Of a stretch of DNA of 64,000 nucleotides, positions 1-11,077 are shown piece by piece (position 1 is the first letter of the stretch; the number at the start of each line of letters is the position of its first letter). This DNA comes from Selaginella moellendorffii (lineage: Eukaryota > Plantae > Lycopodiophyta): the NCBI RefSeq assembly GCF_000143415.4, contig NW_003314290.1, positions 1,822,116-1,886,115 on the forward strand, written 5' to 3'. The notes under the pieces were generated by a model. The model ran no database searches, had not been told where the DNA came from, and saw only the letters and a list, made by a program, of their open reading frames with translations. Made by a program: the position numbers and the translations under genes.

Positions 1-354
1 CACAGACACCACGATCGCTCCCAGCTTCCTGGACAGGGCCTCGCAAAATCTGTGAAAGATCGCATTCGCGGCGCTCATGTAGATGAATCCTCCCCCGTGG
101 TAGAAGATCACGATGGGCAGCGTGCTGCGATTCTCCAGCTCTTCCGGACGGAAAACTCTCACCCACAGTCCCCGATCCTTGTCGAGAATCACGTCGCGGC
201 TCGCCACGCCGTCAATGAACGAGGGATTGGCTGGAACCTCCTCAAAGAACCCCGCAGGGCCTGTTGGTGGAGGAGTGCGCACGTAAGATCCATCCTCTGC
301 AAACACAAAGCCTCCAATTTGCTTGCCGGAGCTCTTGCGCTCCTCGTCGCCCAT
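1..354 (-). CDS. Carboxylesterase (CXE / GID1-like alpha-beta hydrolase), 5' part; runs off the window start
   Basis: Manual translation from ATG at 354: MGDEERKSSGKQIGGFVFAEDGSYVR...GVASRDVILDKDRGLWVRVFRP...LPIVIFYHGGGFIYMSAANAIFHRFCEALSRKLGAIVVSV. Has the HGGG oxyanion motif of plant CXEs. Not in the ORF track because its stop lies outside the window. Confidence 0.9.
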   Translation of the reverse strand, partial: MGDEERKSSGKQIGGFVFAEDGSYVRTPPPTGPAGFFEEVPANPSFIDGVASRDVILDKDRGLWVRVFRPEELENRSTLPIVIFYHGGGFIYMSAANAIFHRFCEALSRKLGAIVVSV

Positions 355-719
355 TCTTTCGGTGCTAGGTGGGTGGCCTTCCGGTCTCACAACCACACAT
401 TTAAATCGTTGAAATGGCCAAGAGCGTGACTTGTCGGTTTGCGGAAATTCTAAAGCTTTCCTTTTCGTTTCTAGGCTGGTACATAATTAAAAAAAAATCA
501 AATTAAAAGCTCTCTAAGAATGTTTAAGCTTTTCTACTTAGGGCTCTGTAAGTTAATTAATACTACATAGATTAATCTTTTTAACTAAGGCTCTTTAATT
601 TAAATAGCACTAAGGAAGAAAAAAAAAAGAGAAAAAAAGAAAAAGAGAACCCATACTTAATCAAAACGACTAATCTTTGTAACTAAACTCGGTGGCACAG
701 CTCAGGAGACAGTTGGATG

Positions 720-1552
720 AGACTGATTTTGGGTCTAGTACTGGACAATCTAGGTCACAGGCACTATGCGGGCTTCTATAGTGTTGTGGACTTCACTCTG
801 TGCAGGTTAGAACACAGGATCTAGCGGGTGTGGAGCAATGTGGCCAATGTGAGTGAACCATTGTCCGCGAGAGGCCGTCGTACCTAAGTGACGACAACTT
901 GTGCTACGAAGGTATTTGGGATGACGACCTCACTTGTGCTACAAAGGTATTTGGGATGACAACCTCACGTACACCAATGTTCGCCTTTGCGTCGACAGCT
1001 ACAAGAGGAGGCCGACATCGATAGAGGCAGTCCAGGAAGAGCTCTAGCAGCAGCAGCAGCAGGAGATGCCGTTGCTTAGTCCGCCTCTGATCAAGTACAT
1101 CAGGGCCAAGCCCAGCATACCCCGTCCCCGGGATCGTGAAAGTTTCGGCAAGAGCTGGTTTCTACCTGTTCGGTGGTGTTGGGTCGCTGGACATGCAGGT
1201 GCGGCTGGTGTTTGATGCGCGGATGCTGGCGCACGAGTGGCAGGCGCTGCTCGGTTTCGGGTGCCTCTCGTATGAATCACTGGTGGACAAGGATCCGAGC
1301 ACACCGGATGTTGTTTTCGACGAACACTATGGCCCTTTTGTTCAGGAGAAGTACGACGAGCTTGTCAAGGACCTGGAAGCGGAAAAGATGATCGCGGCGT
1401 GTGGTGGCTTCAACAAGCTTTCCGCTTGGCTGGGGAATGCGTGTGTGGATCTCTTCAACTTTCAGGTGGCGGACGTGGAGGAGCTCATCAAGCGGTATAG
1501 TGAGCTCAGATTCAAGGTGAATCCCAAGAGAAGACACCGCAACACCAAGTGA
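720..1552 (+). pseudogene. Decayed copy of an unknown lineage-specific gene family ('family X', VFDVRMLAHEW motif)
   Basis: Similar to 2503-3378. In-frame TAG at ~1045, a deletion/frameshift near 1130 and a ~34-bp tandem duplication at ~895-965. Confidence 0.75.
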
Positions 1553-1769
1553 ACACAACTTACCACTTTTCATTCATGAGTAGAGTATTACAGAGACTCT
1601 ATTAAATTATAGTAGTTTAGAGCTTTTAATTTGATTAAATAATGTTGAAAGTTTATTGCCACAAAAAAAAAGATCAGACAACAGATTTGGTCGACTGGGT
1701 ACATGCAATTAGAGACTTTCCGGAAGACGCTGCATTTGAGAGTGACAAAAGTTTCTTCGTCTACTTCAG

Positions 1770-2390
1770 CAACTCAGGCTTCTTCTCGCAGCTTCTCTGT
1801 GGCCAGTTGTTCCAGGGCCGACCTTGGTCTGTGCTCTGCCAACGATGCTTTGGTTTTTGAGAGCTCCGACGATCATTCGCAGAGACGCTCTACAAAGAGC
1901 CGCTCTGTAAACGGAGAAACCTCTCTCGGTGAAAAGGCCGTGAACTTCGCTTGAATAGTCGTAAGTTTTCAGCAGGCGGGCCTCTCGTGCTGCGCAAGGA
2001 AAGAAAAGAAATTATTTGCGTCAGTAAAGATGTTTGCTTTGTCTAGCAAAACCAATTGTCGGATTGCTGAAAACTGCCTATTCCCAGCGAGTGGTCCGCT
2101 CCACCCAAGAAACCAGCTCTTCTCTGTGGCTTTCCAACCACTCGAGATTTGAGCCAGCTCTCCAAATCTCGAGTGGTTGGAAAGCCACAGAGAACCAAAA
2201 CATAGCTAGCTCAAAAGAAAAAAAATACCAAACAAAGACTTCCAGCTTTGCAGAGAGAGACGAACTTACCGCACTTTCCATCGAGTCGTAGGGCTTTAGA
2301 CTCCACAGCGACCATACGGCCGCCATGGACGATGAAATTCACGAGGATGGCCACGCTGCTTGGGAGCTAACGTCCTCGTCCTCCTCGCGG
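1770..2390 (-). pseudogene. Scrambled fragments of the R3HCC1-like gene (8550-9903)
   Basis: 1775-1876 is the reverse complement of ~9748-9890. 2311-2346 is a forward copy of ~9197-9232, and 2350-2385 an inverted copy of ~9120-9150. Confidence 0.7.
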
Positions 2391-2502
2391 CTCTCTGTGA
2401 ATCAAAGAAACTTTCTTCTTTAGCGAAAAAAAAGAGATGGCCGCGCCCTGGAAACTACGCAGCGCCATACGCGCTACGAGAAGAGCGCAAAAAAATTAGT
2501 TA

Positions 2503-3378
2503 ATGGCGATTCCTTCTGCATGCACTTTAGGGCTCCAGGGATGGCGACGCAGCTGCTCAAGCAAAAGCTCTTGGGACGGGGATTTGGGGTCAAGTTCTAG
2601 ACAATTTTGGCAGTATGATGGCTTCTACGGCGTTGCAGACTTGGCTCTGCGCAGGCTAGACCACAGGATCCAGCAGGTTTGCAGGTCAGGTGTGAGTGAA
2701 TATGCAGCCATCAATGCCATTGTCCGCGAGAGGCCATCGTACCTCAGCCATGACGTTCTACGAAGGTATTTGGAACGACGACCTCACTTTGTTAACGTTC
2801 GCCTTTGCGTCGACAGCTACAAGAGGAGACCAACGTCGATCGAAGCAGTCCAGGAAGAGGCAAGAACAGCAGGACTGTTTAGCCCGCCTCTGATTAAGTA
2901 CATCAGGGCCAAGCCCAGCATACCCCGCCAGATTCGAGGGCGTGGCCCGGGATCGAGAAAGTTTCAGCAAGAGGTGGTCTCTTGGGTGGAGCGGGACTTG
3001 TTCGGTGGTGCTGGATCGCTGGAGATGCAGGCGCGGCTGGTGTTTGATGTGCGGATGCTGACGCACGAGTGGCAGGCGCTGCTCGGTTTCGGGTGCTTCT
3101 CGTATGAATCGCTGGTGGACAAGGATCCGAGCACACCGGATGTTGTTTTCGACAAACACTATGGCCCTTTTGTTCAGGAGAAGTACGACGAGCTGGTCGA
3201 GGACCTGGAAGCGGGAAAGATGATCACGGCATGTGGTGGCTTCAACAAGCTTTCCGCTTTGCTGGGGAATGCATGCGTGGATCTCTTCAACTTTCAGGTG
3301 GGGGAGCTCATCAAGCGGTATGGTGAGCTCAGATTCAAGGTGAATCTCAAGAGAAGACGAGCTCATGATTGCGACTAA
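2503..3378 (+). CDS. Family X protein of unknown function (291 aa, single exon); the only open copy in the window
   Basis: Open ORF with four decayed paralogues in the window sharing NVRLCVDSYKR, VSWVERDLF, VFDVRMLxHEW and GNACVDLFNFQ. Confidence 0.6.
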   Translation: MAIPSACTLGLQGWRRSCSSKSSWDGDLGSSSRQFWQYDGFYGVADLALRRLDHRIQQVCRSGVSEYAAINAIVRERPSYLSHDVLRRYLERRPHFVNVRLCVDSYKRRPTSIEAVQEEARTAGLFSPPLIKYIRAKPSIPRQIRGRGPGSRKFQQEVVSWVERDLFGGAGSLEMQARLVFDVRMLTHEWQALLGFGCFSYESLVDKDPSTPDVVFDKHYGPFVQEKYDELVEDLEAGKMITACGGFNKLSALLGNACVDLFNFQVGELIKRYGELRFKVNLKRRRAHDCD

Positions 3379-3527
3379 GGCGAGAGCAATTCGTCTTGGA
3401 TGGGGGAATTCTTCAATTTTGTGCCACCCTCGCATACAAGAGCCCTAATCATGATCTTTAGGGCAATTCAAATTTTCGCGCCAAAACTCAGCTTTTTAGG
3501 GCATTTTGATAATTTACACCAGTGTTG

Positions 3528-5150
3528 TTAATTTGGAGCGTAGTATCCCCCAGTTCCATTCTGGCCGGGCTGTGGAGCGGGGATTCCATACTGTGCGCCA
3601 GCGTACTGCGGGGTATACTGCGACGCCATGGTCGCGATTCCAGCGTACGCAGCCGAGTAAGCTGGCACGGCGGTGTGCGGACTGAAGCCCAAGATGGTCC
3701 CCGGCGGCGGTGGCCTCGCGTAAGCTGGGATGTTTGGATTCACTACGTTGTAGCCGGGCTGTGCTTGCGGGCCTTGGCTCGGGGCTGATACCTGTGGAGC
3801 TTTCTCTTTTTGGCCCTCGGCCGCGAGCTTGACGATAACATGGCGTCCCTGGAGAGAGGAGAGAAAAGTTCGCTCACGCTAGAAAGGAAAAGAAAGCTGT
3901 GGCTTACTTCGATCGTCTTGTTGGGATCGTCGATGGCGTTCCTTGCTGCTTCCACGGTTTTGTAAGTGACGAAGGCGAATCCCCTGGAAAAAAAAGCCGT
4001 GCTCGTAAGTTTGGAATGAGGAAATCGACTGGGAAGTAGTGTTTCACCTTGATTTGTTGGTGTTCTTGTCGTAGGCCACAGCGCCCTCCTCTATCTCGCC
4101 GTATTTCGAGAAGATGTTTAACAACGTCTCGTTTGAGGTCTCGTATGATAAGCCCCCGATGTAGAGTTTCCTTTGCGCTTGATCGTTGGTGCCTCCGCTT
4201 CCTGAGGTTCCCACCGAGGCCAAGTTACAAACCGTAATCCTTCCCTGCGGAGATCGATCAACGAGTGTAAATGCCTCGGCAAAGAGAATATGAAAACTTA
4301 CATCGATCGTTTTGCTGGGTTCTTTCAAGGCTCTCTGTGCCGAGTCCATATGCTTAAACGTGATAAATCCAAATCCTCTCGACTTGCCAGTGGCCTTGTC
4401 GATGATCACAGCTCCTTCCTCAATCTCCCCGAATTGCTCGAAAGCCTGCAAAGCATCCAGCAAGAGCATCAGGCATCCAGCGAGAGAAGCAAAGAAACTT
4501 TAAAGACTATGGCACGACCAAGAACACCAAGTTCATGTTCAAGCCAGCCACCAACCCATGCATGAAAAAACACTCACGTCACGCAGATCCTGTGAAGTAG
4601 TCTCCCAAGCCAGCCCACGCACAAAGAGCTTCCGATGAGCAGGATCTTTGCTCGCAACTTCTCTAATATCATCTGCAACCGCAGAGTATTGAGAACCTCT
4701 GCAGATACAAAAACCCACAAGGACAAGCATTCCCAGTCAATCCATCCAGAAAAATCCAGGATGAAAAAAAGAAGAATGAGGAGCAAATCAAACACAAATA
4801 CTCCACCAATGTCCTTCGAAACAAGAAAAAACCAGTCCACAAGTAAAACCATAACACCATCGCTGCCCTCTCTTTGCGGAATTCGGATCCAAATCGAAGC
4901 ACAAAGGTGGAGTACCGGTATGATCTGAGAGAAAAGAAAGAGAAAGAAACGAGCGAGAGAGAGAAGAGAGGCCTTACGCGTCGGTGAGAAGTGCCACAAG
5001 TTGCTCCTTGCTCAAGGGCTCCAGCAATCGCTTCAAATCGTCCCGAGACAAGCGCAGCGGCACCGGCGCCTCGTATCCCTCCATTGGCGCATCGTGAAGA
5101 TCCGACTCCTCCTTGATCTTGCGCTTCTTGGAATCCTCTTGGTGCTCCAT
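3528..5150 (-). CDS. UBA2: UBP1-associated protein 2-like two-RRM RNA-binding protein (multi-exon)
   Basis: Exons give [11 protein letters not shown]...[14 protein letters not shown] / [19 protein letters not shown] / [26 protein letters not shown] / [13 protein letters not shown]...SRGFAFVTY and a Pro/Tyr-rich tail. GT-AG introns. Confidence 0.88.
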
Positions 5151-5240
5151 TGCCCAAGAACCCTAAACCTAAAAACCTAAAACAAAATAACAAATGGAAG
5201 GGGATTTAAATTTAGGATAGATCAAGAAGAAAGATTTTTC

Positions 5241-6248
5241 TCAGCTCGCGTAGTAGATGCTCGATTGCCGCTGCTGCATCTCCTCCACGAAGAAATCCAT
5301 CTCCCGGGAGTCCGCCATGGATTTCACCGCGTACTGGAGCATGCTGGAGAGCTCGCTGAGATTATTCTCGGCCCGGGCCACCATCGCCATCCACTGCTGG
5401 TACTGGAGCCAGCGCCTCATGTTCCTGGATCCCAGCTCCTGCTCGCAATCGATCGAGATCTCGTCGTCAGCGCCAAGATTTGCCGAAGAGATCCTTGGAT
5501 CGCCATCGCCGGTGAGGCCGACGCAAGAGAGCCGCGGCGGGGGAGATTTTGGCCCGGATTTCTTCGCCGATCTGCGAGCGCTGCTGGAGAGGGACGACGA
5601 TCTGGACAGGCGGTTCTTCCCAGCTCCGACCAGCTGACCGAAGATCTTCTTCATGATCCCGGGGCCGCTGTTCTTGCCCGGCGAGCTGGCAAGATCGATG
5701 TCGAGGCTGCGCTGGTCGAAATCCTTGCTGTGCTGCTCGAAATCCTTGGTGGTGGTGGGGAAATCCGAGAATTCCGAGGGGAGAGGGCTCGTCGCGCGGC
5801 TCACTGAGCACGCATTGAGCTGCCGCGCGGTTGCGGAGCGCTTGAGGTGGGGCTGGCCGTCGAAAAGAGGGGAGATTGTGGAGAACTCGGACGCCATGGG
5901 GCTGGTGGCCCTGCTGATCGAGCTTGCGAGATTCCGAGCGATTCCAGACCTCTTGTAGCGCTGGCTGCCAAAAACCGGGTAGCCAGAGCTCCTGGGAAGC
6001 AATCGCCCGCTGTTGTTGAGGATCCGGATGCAGTGCTCCCACGATAGATCCTCCGGCACTGCGAGGTCGGGGACGAATCCATCGAAGGCCGGCGCTGGGA
6101 CTGGAGTGGGATTCCAGTGGATCGGCGACGAGCGGCAGCTGGAAATATTGTCGAGAACCACTGGCGGCATCGCGCGTGATCGATCGACCTTGGCGGACGA
6201 GACCGGCCAAGAAGCGAGAGACAAAGAAAACGAATTTTCCCCCTCCAC
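5241..6248 (-). CDS. Ser/Pro-rich hypothetical protein (single ORF; start uncertain, GTG or a downstream ATG)
   Basis: 335-aa ORF with repeated SRATSP motifs. No recognisable domain. Confidence 0.5.
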   Translation of the reverse strand: MEGENSFSLSLASWPVSSAKVDRSRAMPPVVLDNISSCRSSPIHWNPTPVPAPAFDGFVPDLAVPEDLSWEHCIRILNNSGRLLPRSSGYPVFGSQRYKRSGIARNLASSISRATSPMASEFSTISPLFDGQPHLKRSATARQLNACSVSRATSPLPSEFSDFPTTTKDFEQHSKDFDQRSLDIDLASSPGKNSGPGIMKKIFGQLVGAGKNRLSRSSSLSSSARRSAKKSGPKSPPPRLSCVGLTGDGDPRISSANLGADDEISIDCEQELGSRNMRRWLQYQQWMAMVARAENNLSELSSMLQYAVKSMADSREMDFFVEEMQQRQSSIYYAS

Positions 6249-6362
6249 AGGTCATTCGAAAACGGGGCAAGAAAATCTGATCCGTTGAAATCATCCGCCG
6301 CCACGTGTCACAACCGCAAGAAAGGAATATCCAGCGATTCCAAATTTTAGGGTTCTTGGAAA

Positions 6363-6770
6363 ATGGCAGTACAATGGATGCTCGTCACTGGCTCGATCTG
6401 GGGCACCACGAATGCGCTGATGAAGCGAGGGACCTCCGCGCTGGATCGCCGAAATCGACAGCTCGGCGCGCGTCCATCGGGTGGTGATTCGTGGCTAGGC
6501 GCGGTTGTAAGAGATTGGATCCTCCTCCTGTGCACTTGGGAGTATAGCTTGCCCCTGGCGATCAATCTCTCGGCCTCTCTCGTGTTCTTCGCCAAGCTCT
6601 CCGAGAGTCCTCTCTCCCTGGCAGTGCCCATCACCAATGCCACCACATTCGCCGCGACCGCTGTGGCCGGGAGCGCGCTAGGCGAGCGCCTCCGGCTCAA
6701 GCAGACCGCGCTGGGATTGCTTCTCATCGTCACAGGGATCTGGCTGTGCTGCCACAGCGCTAGAGATTAG
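6363..6770 (+). CDS. TMEM234: TMEM234 / UPF0546 small membrane protein
   Basis: GSIWGTTNALMKRG...YSLPLAINLSASLVFF...LSLAVPITNATTF, with four hydrophobic helices. Confidence 0.88.
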   Translation: MAVQWMLVTGSIWGTTNALMKRGTSALDRRNRQLGARPSGGDSWLGAVVRDWILLLCTWEYSLPLAINLSASLVFFAKLSESPLSLAVPITNATTFAATAVAGSALGERLRLKQTALGLLLIVTGIWLCCHSARD

Positions 6771-8502
6771 CCATCAGCTGGTAAGAAGTAGCGATCTTAC
6801 TGTCGATCTCCAGGCACTTCTCGAAAGACAGCCTTCCAAGGCTTGGGTTCTTCCACTTGGAGCACCAAGTCAGTATCGTCGTCCAAGTCACTGCTGTCGG
6901 TTTGAAAGGCATCGTTCTTGCGAAGTTCATGGCCTCGTCCAGATGGTTTGTCCTGCCAAGAAGATCGATCACGGCGTGGTAATGCTCGATCTCGGGAGAC
7001 ACTCCATACCTCCTTTGCATCCCGTGGAAGATTTGCTTCCCTTGGGTGACCAGCCCGGCATGGCTGGAGGCCGTGAGCAAGCACAAGAGGGTGACACCAT
7101 CTATGCTCAAGCCATTGTCCAGCATGTCGTGGAAGATCTGGAAGATCTTTGTGGAGCCATCCTTTCCCTGGCGGCACAGTCCTGCCATGAGCGACGTGTG
7201 AGCGACAGCGTCCGGTGAAAGGAGCGACAGGAATACCTTCTCGGCGTTGTGAGCGCTGCCGCATTTTCCATACACGTCCACCAGCGCGTTTGCTACGAGC
7301 TCTCCATGCTCCAAGCCATGCCTGCAAATCTCGCCGTGAATCACTTTCGCCAGCCGCGAAGCCACAGCCTTACCACAAACTTTGAGAAGAGCGACGTAGG
7401 TTCGAGCGTCCGGAGCACAGCCATGGCTACGCATCCGGACATAGATCTCCAGAGCCTGTTCTTCGTTGCCGCTGGAGTCCGCGTGGGCGAGGATAAGCGC
7501 CGTCCACAGCACCACGTCGTCGAAGAAACGGGCTCTCTCGAAAACCACGCGAGAATCGTCCAGGCTCCCACACTTCGCATACAAATCGACCAAGGAGCTC
7601 GTCACGTACCTGTCTTGGCAGCCACTCTTCACGCAAAGAGAATGCAAAGCCATAACTTTCTCCAAAGCCACCACCTTGCTCATTCCATCGTCCAGCTCGA
7701 GAGGATTTTCCCTTTCTTCCGCGGCAAGAGCAGCGATGGCTTTCACTGCGGCAAGAAAAGTCCGGGGATTTGGAGAGCATCCCTGGCGCTGCATGAGCTC
7801 GAAGAGCTGCAAGGCCATCTCTCCCTGCGAATTCTCTGCAAATCCCAGTATCAGCGACGTCCAAGAGACCACATCCTTGTAAGCCATGCCGGAGAATACC
7901 TTGCTTGCGTCAACCAAGCTTCCACACCGCGCGTAAGCGTCCAGAAGCGCGTTTGCGACGAAGATGTCCACTCCACAGCCAGTTTGATCGATCACAGCGT
8001 GGAGAGCCACGACGCTCTCCAGCGCTTTGATCTTCACGAGCTCGTCACCGAGAGCTTGCATCGCTTCTTTCGCTGCAAGACGAGAGCAAGCTTTTAGAAC
8101 AGCGACGAAAGTCCGGCCATTCGGCTGGCAGTCTCCTCCAGCTCTAGCCATGGCGGCAAACAAATCTAAAGCTAGGAGCTCCTCCTTGTTCTCTACATAC
8201 CCTTGGATGAGCGCTGTCCAAGAAACCACGCTGTGGCACGGCATGGCGTCGAAGATCCGGCGCGCCTCCCTCACGCTGCCACATTTGGCGTACATGCTCA
8301 CCAGGCTGCTCGCCACGAATGGATTCGCAGCGGCGCCGCTATCGACAACCTGGCTATGGATGGATCTTCCCCGCTCCAGATCCCTCGCCATGGCGCACAG
8401 CTTGAGCGCCGCGAGGAGATTCGACGTCGCCGTCCTTTGCTGGAAGGGCGGCGCTGCGCCAGCGGCATCGAATCGAGCTGCCAAGGAATTGCCTGGCGCC
8501 AT
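6760..8502 (-). CDS. PLS-class pentatricopeptide repeat protein with (truncated) E domain
   Basis: Intronless 580-aa ORF with repeated SLVSMYAKCGS..ARRIFD / VVSWTALI motifs and EHYHAVIDLLGR..PFKPTAVTWTTIL. Confidence 0.9.
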   Translation of the reverse strand: MAPGNSLAARFDAAGAAPPFQQRTATSNLLAALKLCAMARDLERGRSIHSQVVDSGAAANPFVASSLVSMYAKCGSVREARRIFDAMPCHSVVSWTALIQGYVENKEELLALDLFAAMARAGGDCQPNGRTFVAVLKACSRLAAKEAMQALGDELVKIKALESVVALHAVIDQTGCGVDIFVANALLDAYARCGSLVDASKVFSGMAYKDVVSWTSLILGFAENSQGEMALQLFELMQRQGCSPNPRTFLAAVKAIAALAAEERENPLELDDGMSKVVALEKVMALHSLCVKSGCQDRYVTSSLVDLYAKCGSLDDSRVVFERARFFDDVVLWTALILAHADSSGNEEQALEIYVRMRSHGCAPDARTYVALLKVCGKAVASRLAKVIHGEICRHGLEHGELVANALVDVYGKCGSAHNAEKVFLSLLSPDAVAHTSLMAGLCRQGKDGSTKIFQIFHDMLDNGLSIDGVTLLCLLTASSHAGLVTQGKQIFHGMQRRYGVSPEIEHYHAVIDLLGRTNHLDEAMNFARTMPFKPTAVTWTTILTWCSKWKNPSLGRLSFEKCLEIDSKIATSYQLMANL

Positions 8503-8549
8503 TGAAATATTTTTTTGGCGCTTCTCTCAAGAACCCTAAAATCTCAGCT

Positions 8550-9903
8550 ATGGTGAAGAACTGGTCGGAGCGCGTGGAGGAGCTGCTGGACGAGGGCAAC
8601 AGCGATGGCGCTGCGCAGTTCTTGCAGGGCGTCGTGGACGAGATGCAGAGCTTGCAAGGCGCGGACGCGAATCTCTCACTGGCTGCGGCTATGGAGGATC
8701 TGGGGGCGCTGTACGAGCGGCAGGGCTTGTCGATCAAGGCGGATTCGCTGCGCAGCTCCGCCATTGTCATCCGGCACAAATTAAACGCGTAAGTAGCATG
8801 AATTCTCTCTTTTCTCGGATGATTCTAAGAATTTCTCTGCAGAAGAAGCGATGCTCCAAGCATAGGCAAGGAAGACGACGAAGAAGAAGGTACTAGGTAG
8901 ACTTCCAAATCAAACTTGGAGAGAATGGCGGAGACCTGAAAGCTTGCTTTGCGTCACAGAGTGGGAGAAAGCCGTTCACGACATCCCTGGCAGCTCATCA
9001 AATCCACCACCATCGCGGAGAGCTCCATCGCCTCCTCGATTCTCCCAACTTTCTTTGAGCGATCCAACTCCCAAGCGTCGGTCCAACTCCAGAGAAAACG
9101 CGAGAGAAGCCGAGGAAGAGGCCGAGGACGTAGCTCCCAAGCAGCGTGGACGCGGGGCATTTACTTACGGAAGAGAAAGAGATGGATTCCACAGCGACCA
9201 TACGACCGCCATGGACGATGAAACTCACGAGGAGCTCACTACATCTTCTGACGACATCGATGGAAAGTCCCGTAAGTTCGTCTCTCTTTGGATGATCAAA
9301 GGTGGAAGTTCTTAGCATTCTTTTGTTTTTTTGTAGTTGTTTATGGAGCTAGCCATGTTTTGGTTCTCGGTGGCTTTCCTCCCAAGACAACCACTCGAGA
9401 TTTGGAGCAGGTTGTCATGCCTTACGCGAGCCGCGGCGTGGTGATTCGCTGGGTAAATGACACCACTGCCTTGGCTGTTTTTCGCAATCCAACAATCGGT
9501 TTGTGTGAGTCATTGTCTAGATCTCTCACTGATTTTCTTCTTTCCTTGCGCAGCACGAGAGGCACTCGCAACAATCCGCCACCCAAAGTACGTGCTCAAA
9601 ACTTACGACGATTCAACTGAAGTTCACGGCCTTGTCACCGAGAGAGGTATACAGTTTTCTTTCTCTGGTTTCAAGCTTTCTACTCTTTGTGCAGACTTGG
9701 AGCCTCCGACGACGAGGCCAGCGACATCCGCCCGAGCTGCTCAGCGCATGATCGTCGGAGCTCTCACAAACCAAGGCATCGTTCGCGGAGCACAGACCAG
9801 GGTGAGATTCACGGCCCAGGAGCTGCAAAAGCAAGAGGAGGAGCGCAAGCAGCGCTTGCTGGCCAGAGAGAAGCTGCGAGAAGAAGCCTGGGGAGGCGAT
9901 TGA
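8550..9903 (+). CDS. R3HCC1/R3HCC1L-like coiled-coil + RRM-like protein (multi-exon)
   Basis: HVLVLGGFPPKTTTRDL...IRWVNDTTALAVF RRM-like motif, RPATSARAAQRMIVGAL and a C-terminal coiled coil ending EEAWGGD. GT-AG introns. Confidence 0.8.
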
Positions 9904-11077
9904 TTCACACATACAGCACTAATCTACATCTCTTCACTTCTCAAGCCTGCTGAGAGTCGAAGGAATAGACCCCAAGTCTTCTCGACTTCCAACGCTGCTA
10001 ATAACAACGCTGATCTCTGGTAAGCCTTGGATCTCTGGGACGGCTTGGTTGGATACGTCATGTTGATCCCATAAAGACGAGTAGAAACTCTCCTTTTTTG
10101 GACGAGGATCTGGCAATAGAAGGTCCTGTGACGTAACGATAGTGTCTACTTTCAGGAGTCTTCTCTACAATCAAGGAGCTCTGCTGGATTGCTTTTTTCT
10201 GTTTTGATGGCTTACATGGTGTTGCTGGCGCATACGCTGCAAAACTCTTTATCCACGAGCTGTCAGCAAACTAGAGCTCCTTCTGTAACTAACTACATCC
10301 ACAAGGTTTGTGTTCTATGCTGTTCTATGCTCTTAACGTTTTCTTTTTTCAATTCTTGGTATGATCTCAAGGTAATTTTCTGGCTTGTTTGATTTTTTGG
10401 TTTTATTTTGTTAGGATCCTACATGGAAACCTACATAGCAATGTGGAGACCTACATGGAGGAGGCATGGAAGCTCTCCCAGAAATGAAAGCTTTGGGGGA
10501 GCTTCAAAAGAGAGCAAAGTTGACAAGAGAGAGAGAGTAAAAGGTTTTTGATAAAGTGGAGCATTCCCTGGACATTTATTTCTTCAAAGTGTTGGAGTTT
10601 TCCTTACTTTAATATGACAGAGCTAAATTTAAGATCAAGAAAGATTAAAGTAGCATTGCAGTTTCACAAGCAAAAACTGCTCAAAGCGTCACTAGAAGAA
10701 GAAACTTGATTGAAAATCAATTTTTTGGTGGAAGAGGGACATGTATGTTTTTTTTGGGGTCATTGGCATTAGACCAGGGTTTCTTGCAAGCATGGAAAGA
10801 ATCACCCCAATTTAAAGATCACTAAAAAGGAGTGCATTGGAGAGAGGGAAATGGAACCATTTAATATTATGTGTGATAGAATTGGCACCAAATAATGTAG
10901 GTACCATTTGTGCTAAGAGATACAATTATTGAGCTTTGCATTTGATTTTGCCGTTATTATAGCAATATTTTTTATAATCCTATATAAAATATTAAATTAA
11001 TTTTTTTAATAGCTACTCATGAAAAGGAGGGGCAACTTCCTGGTGGACTCTGTAGTGTATTGTCTAGGATAGAGGCA

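Noticed and set aside
1-354. True GID1 gibberellin receptor
   Set aside because: It lacks the GID1 N-terminal lid (WVLIS.FKL.Y..LRRPDGTFNR). A generic CXE is the supportable call.
5257-8779. Many long antisense or overlapping ORFs (also over 16877-18628, 19909-20720, 35359-37482, 42508-44080)
   Set aside because: Shadow frames of GC-rich real genes with no independent evidence.
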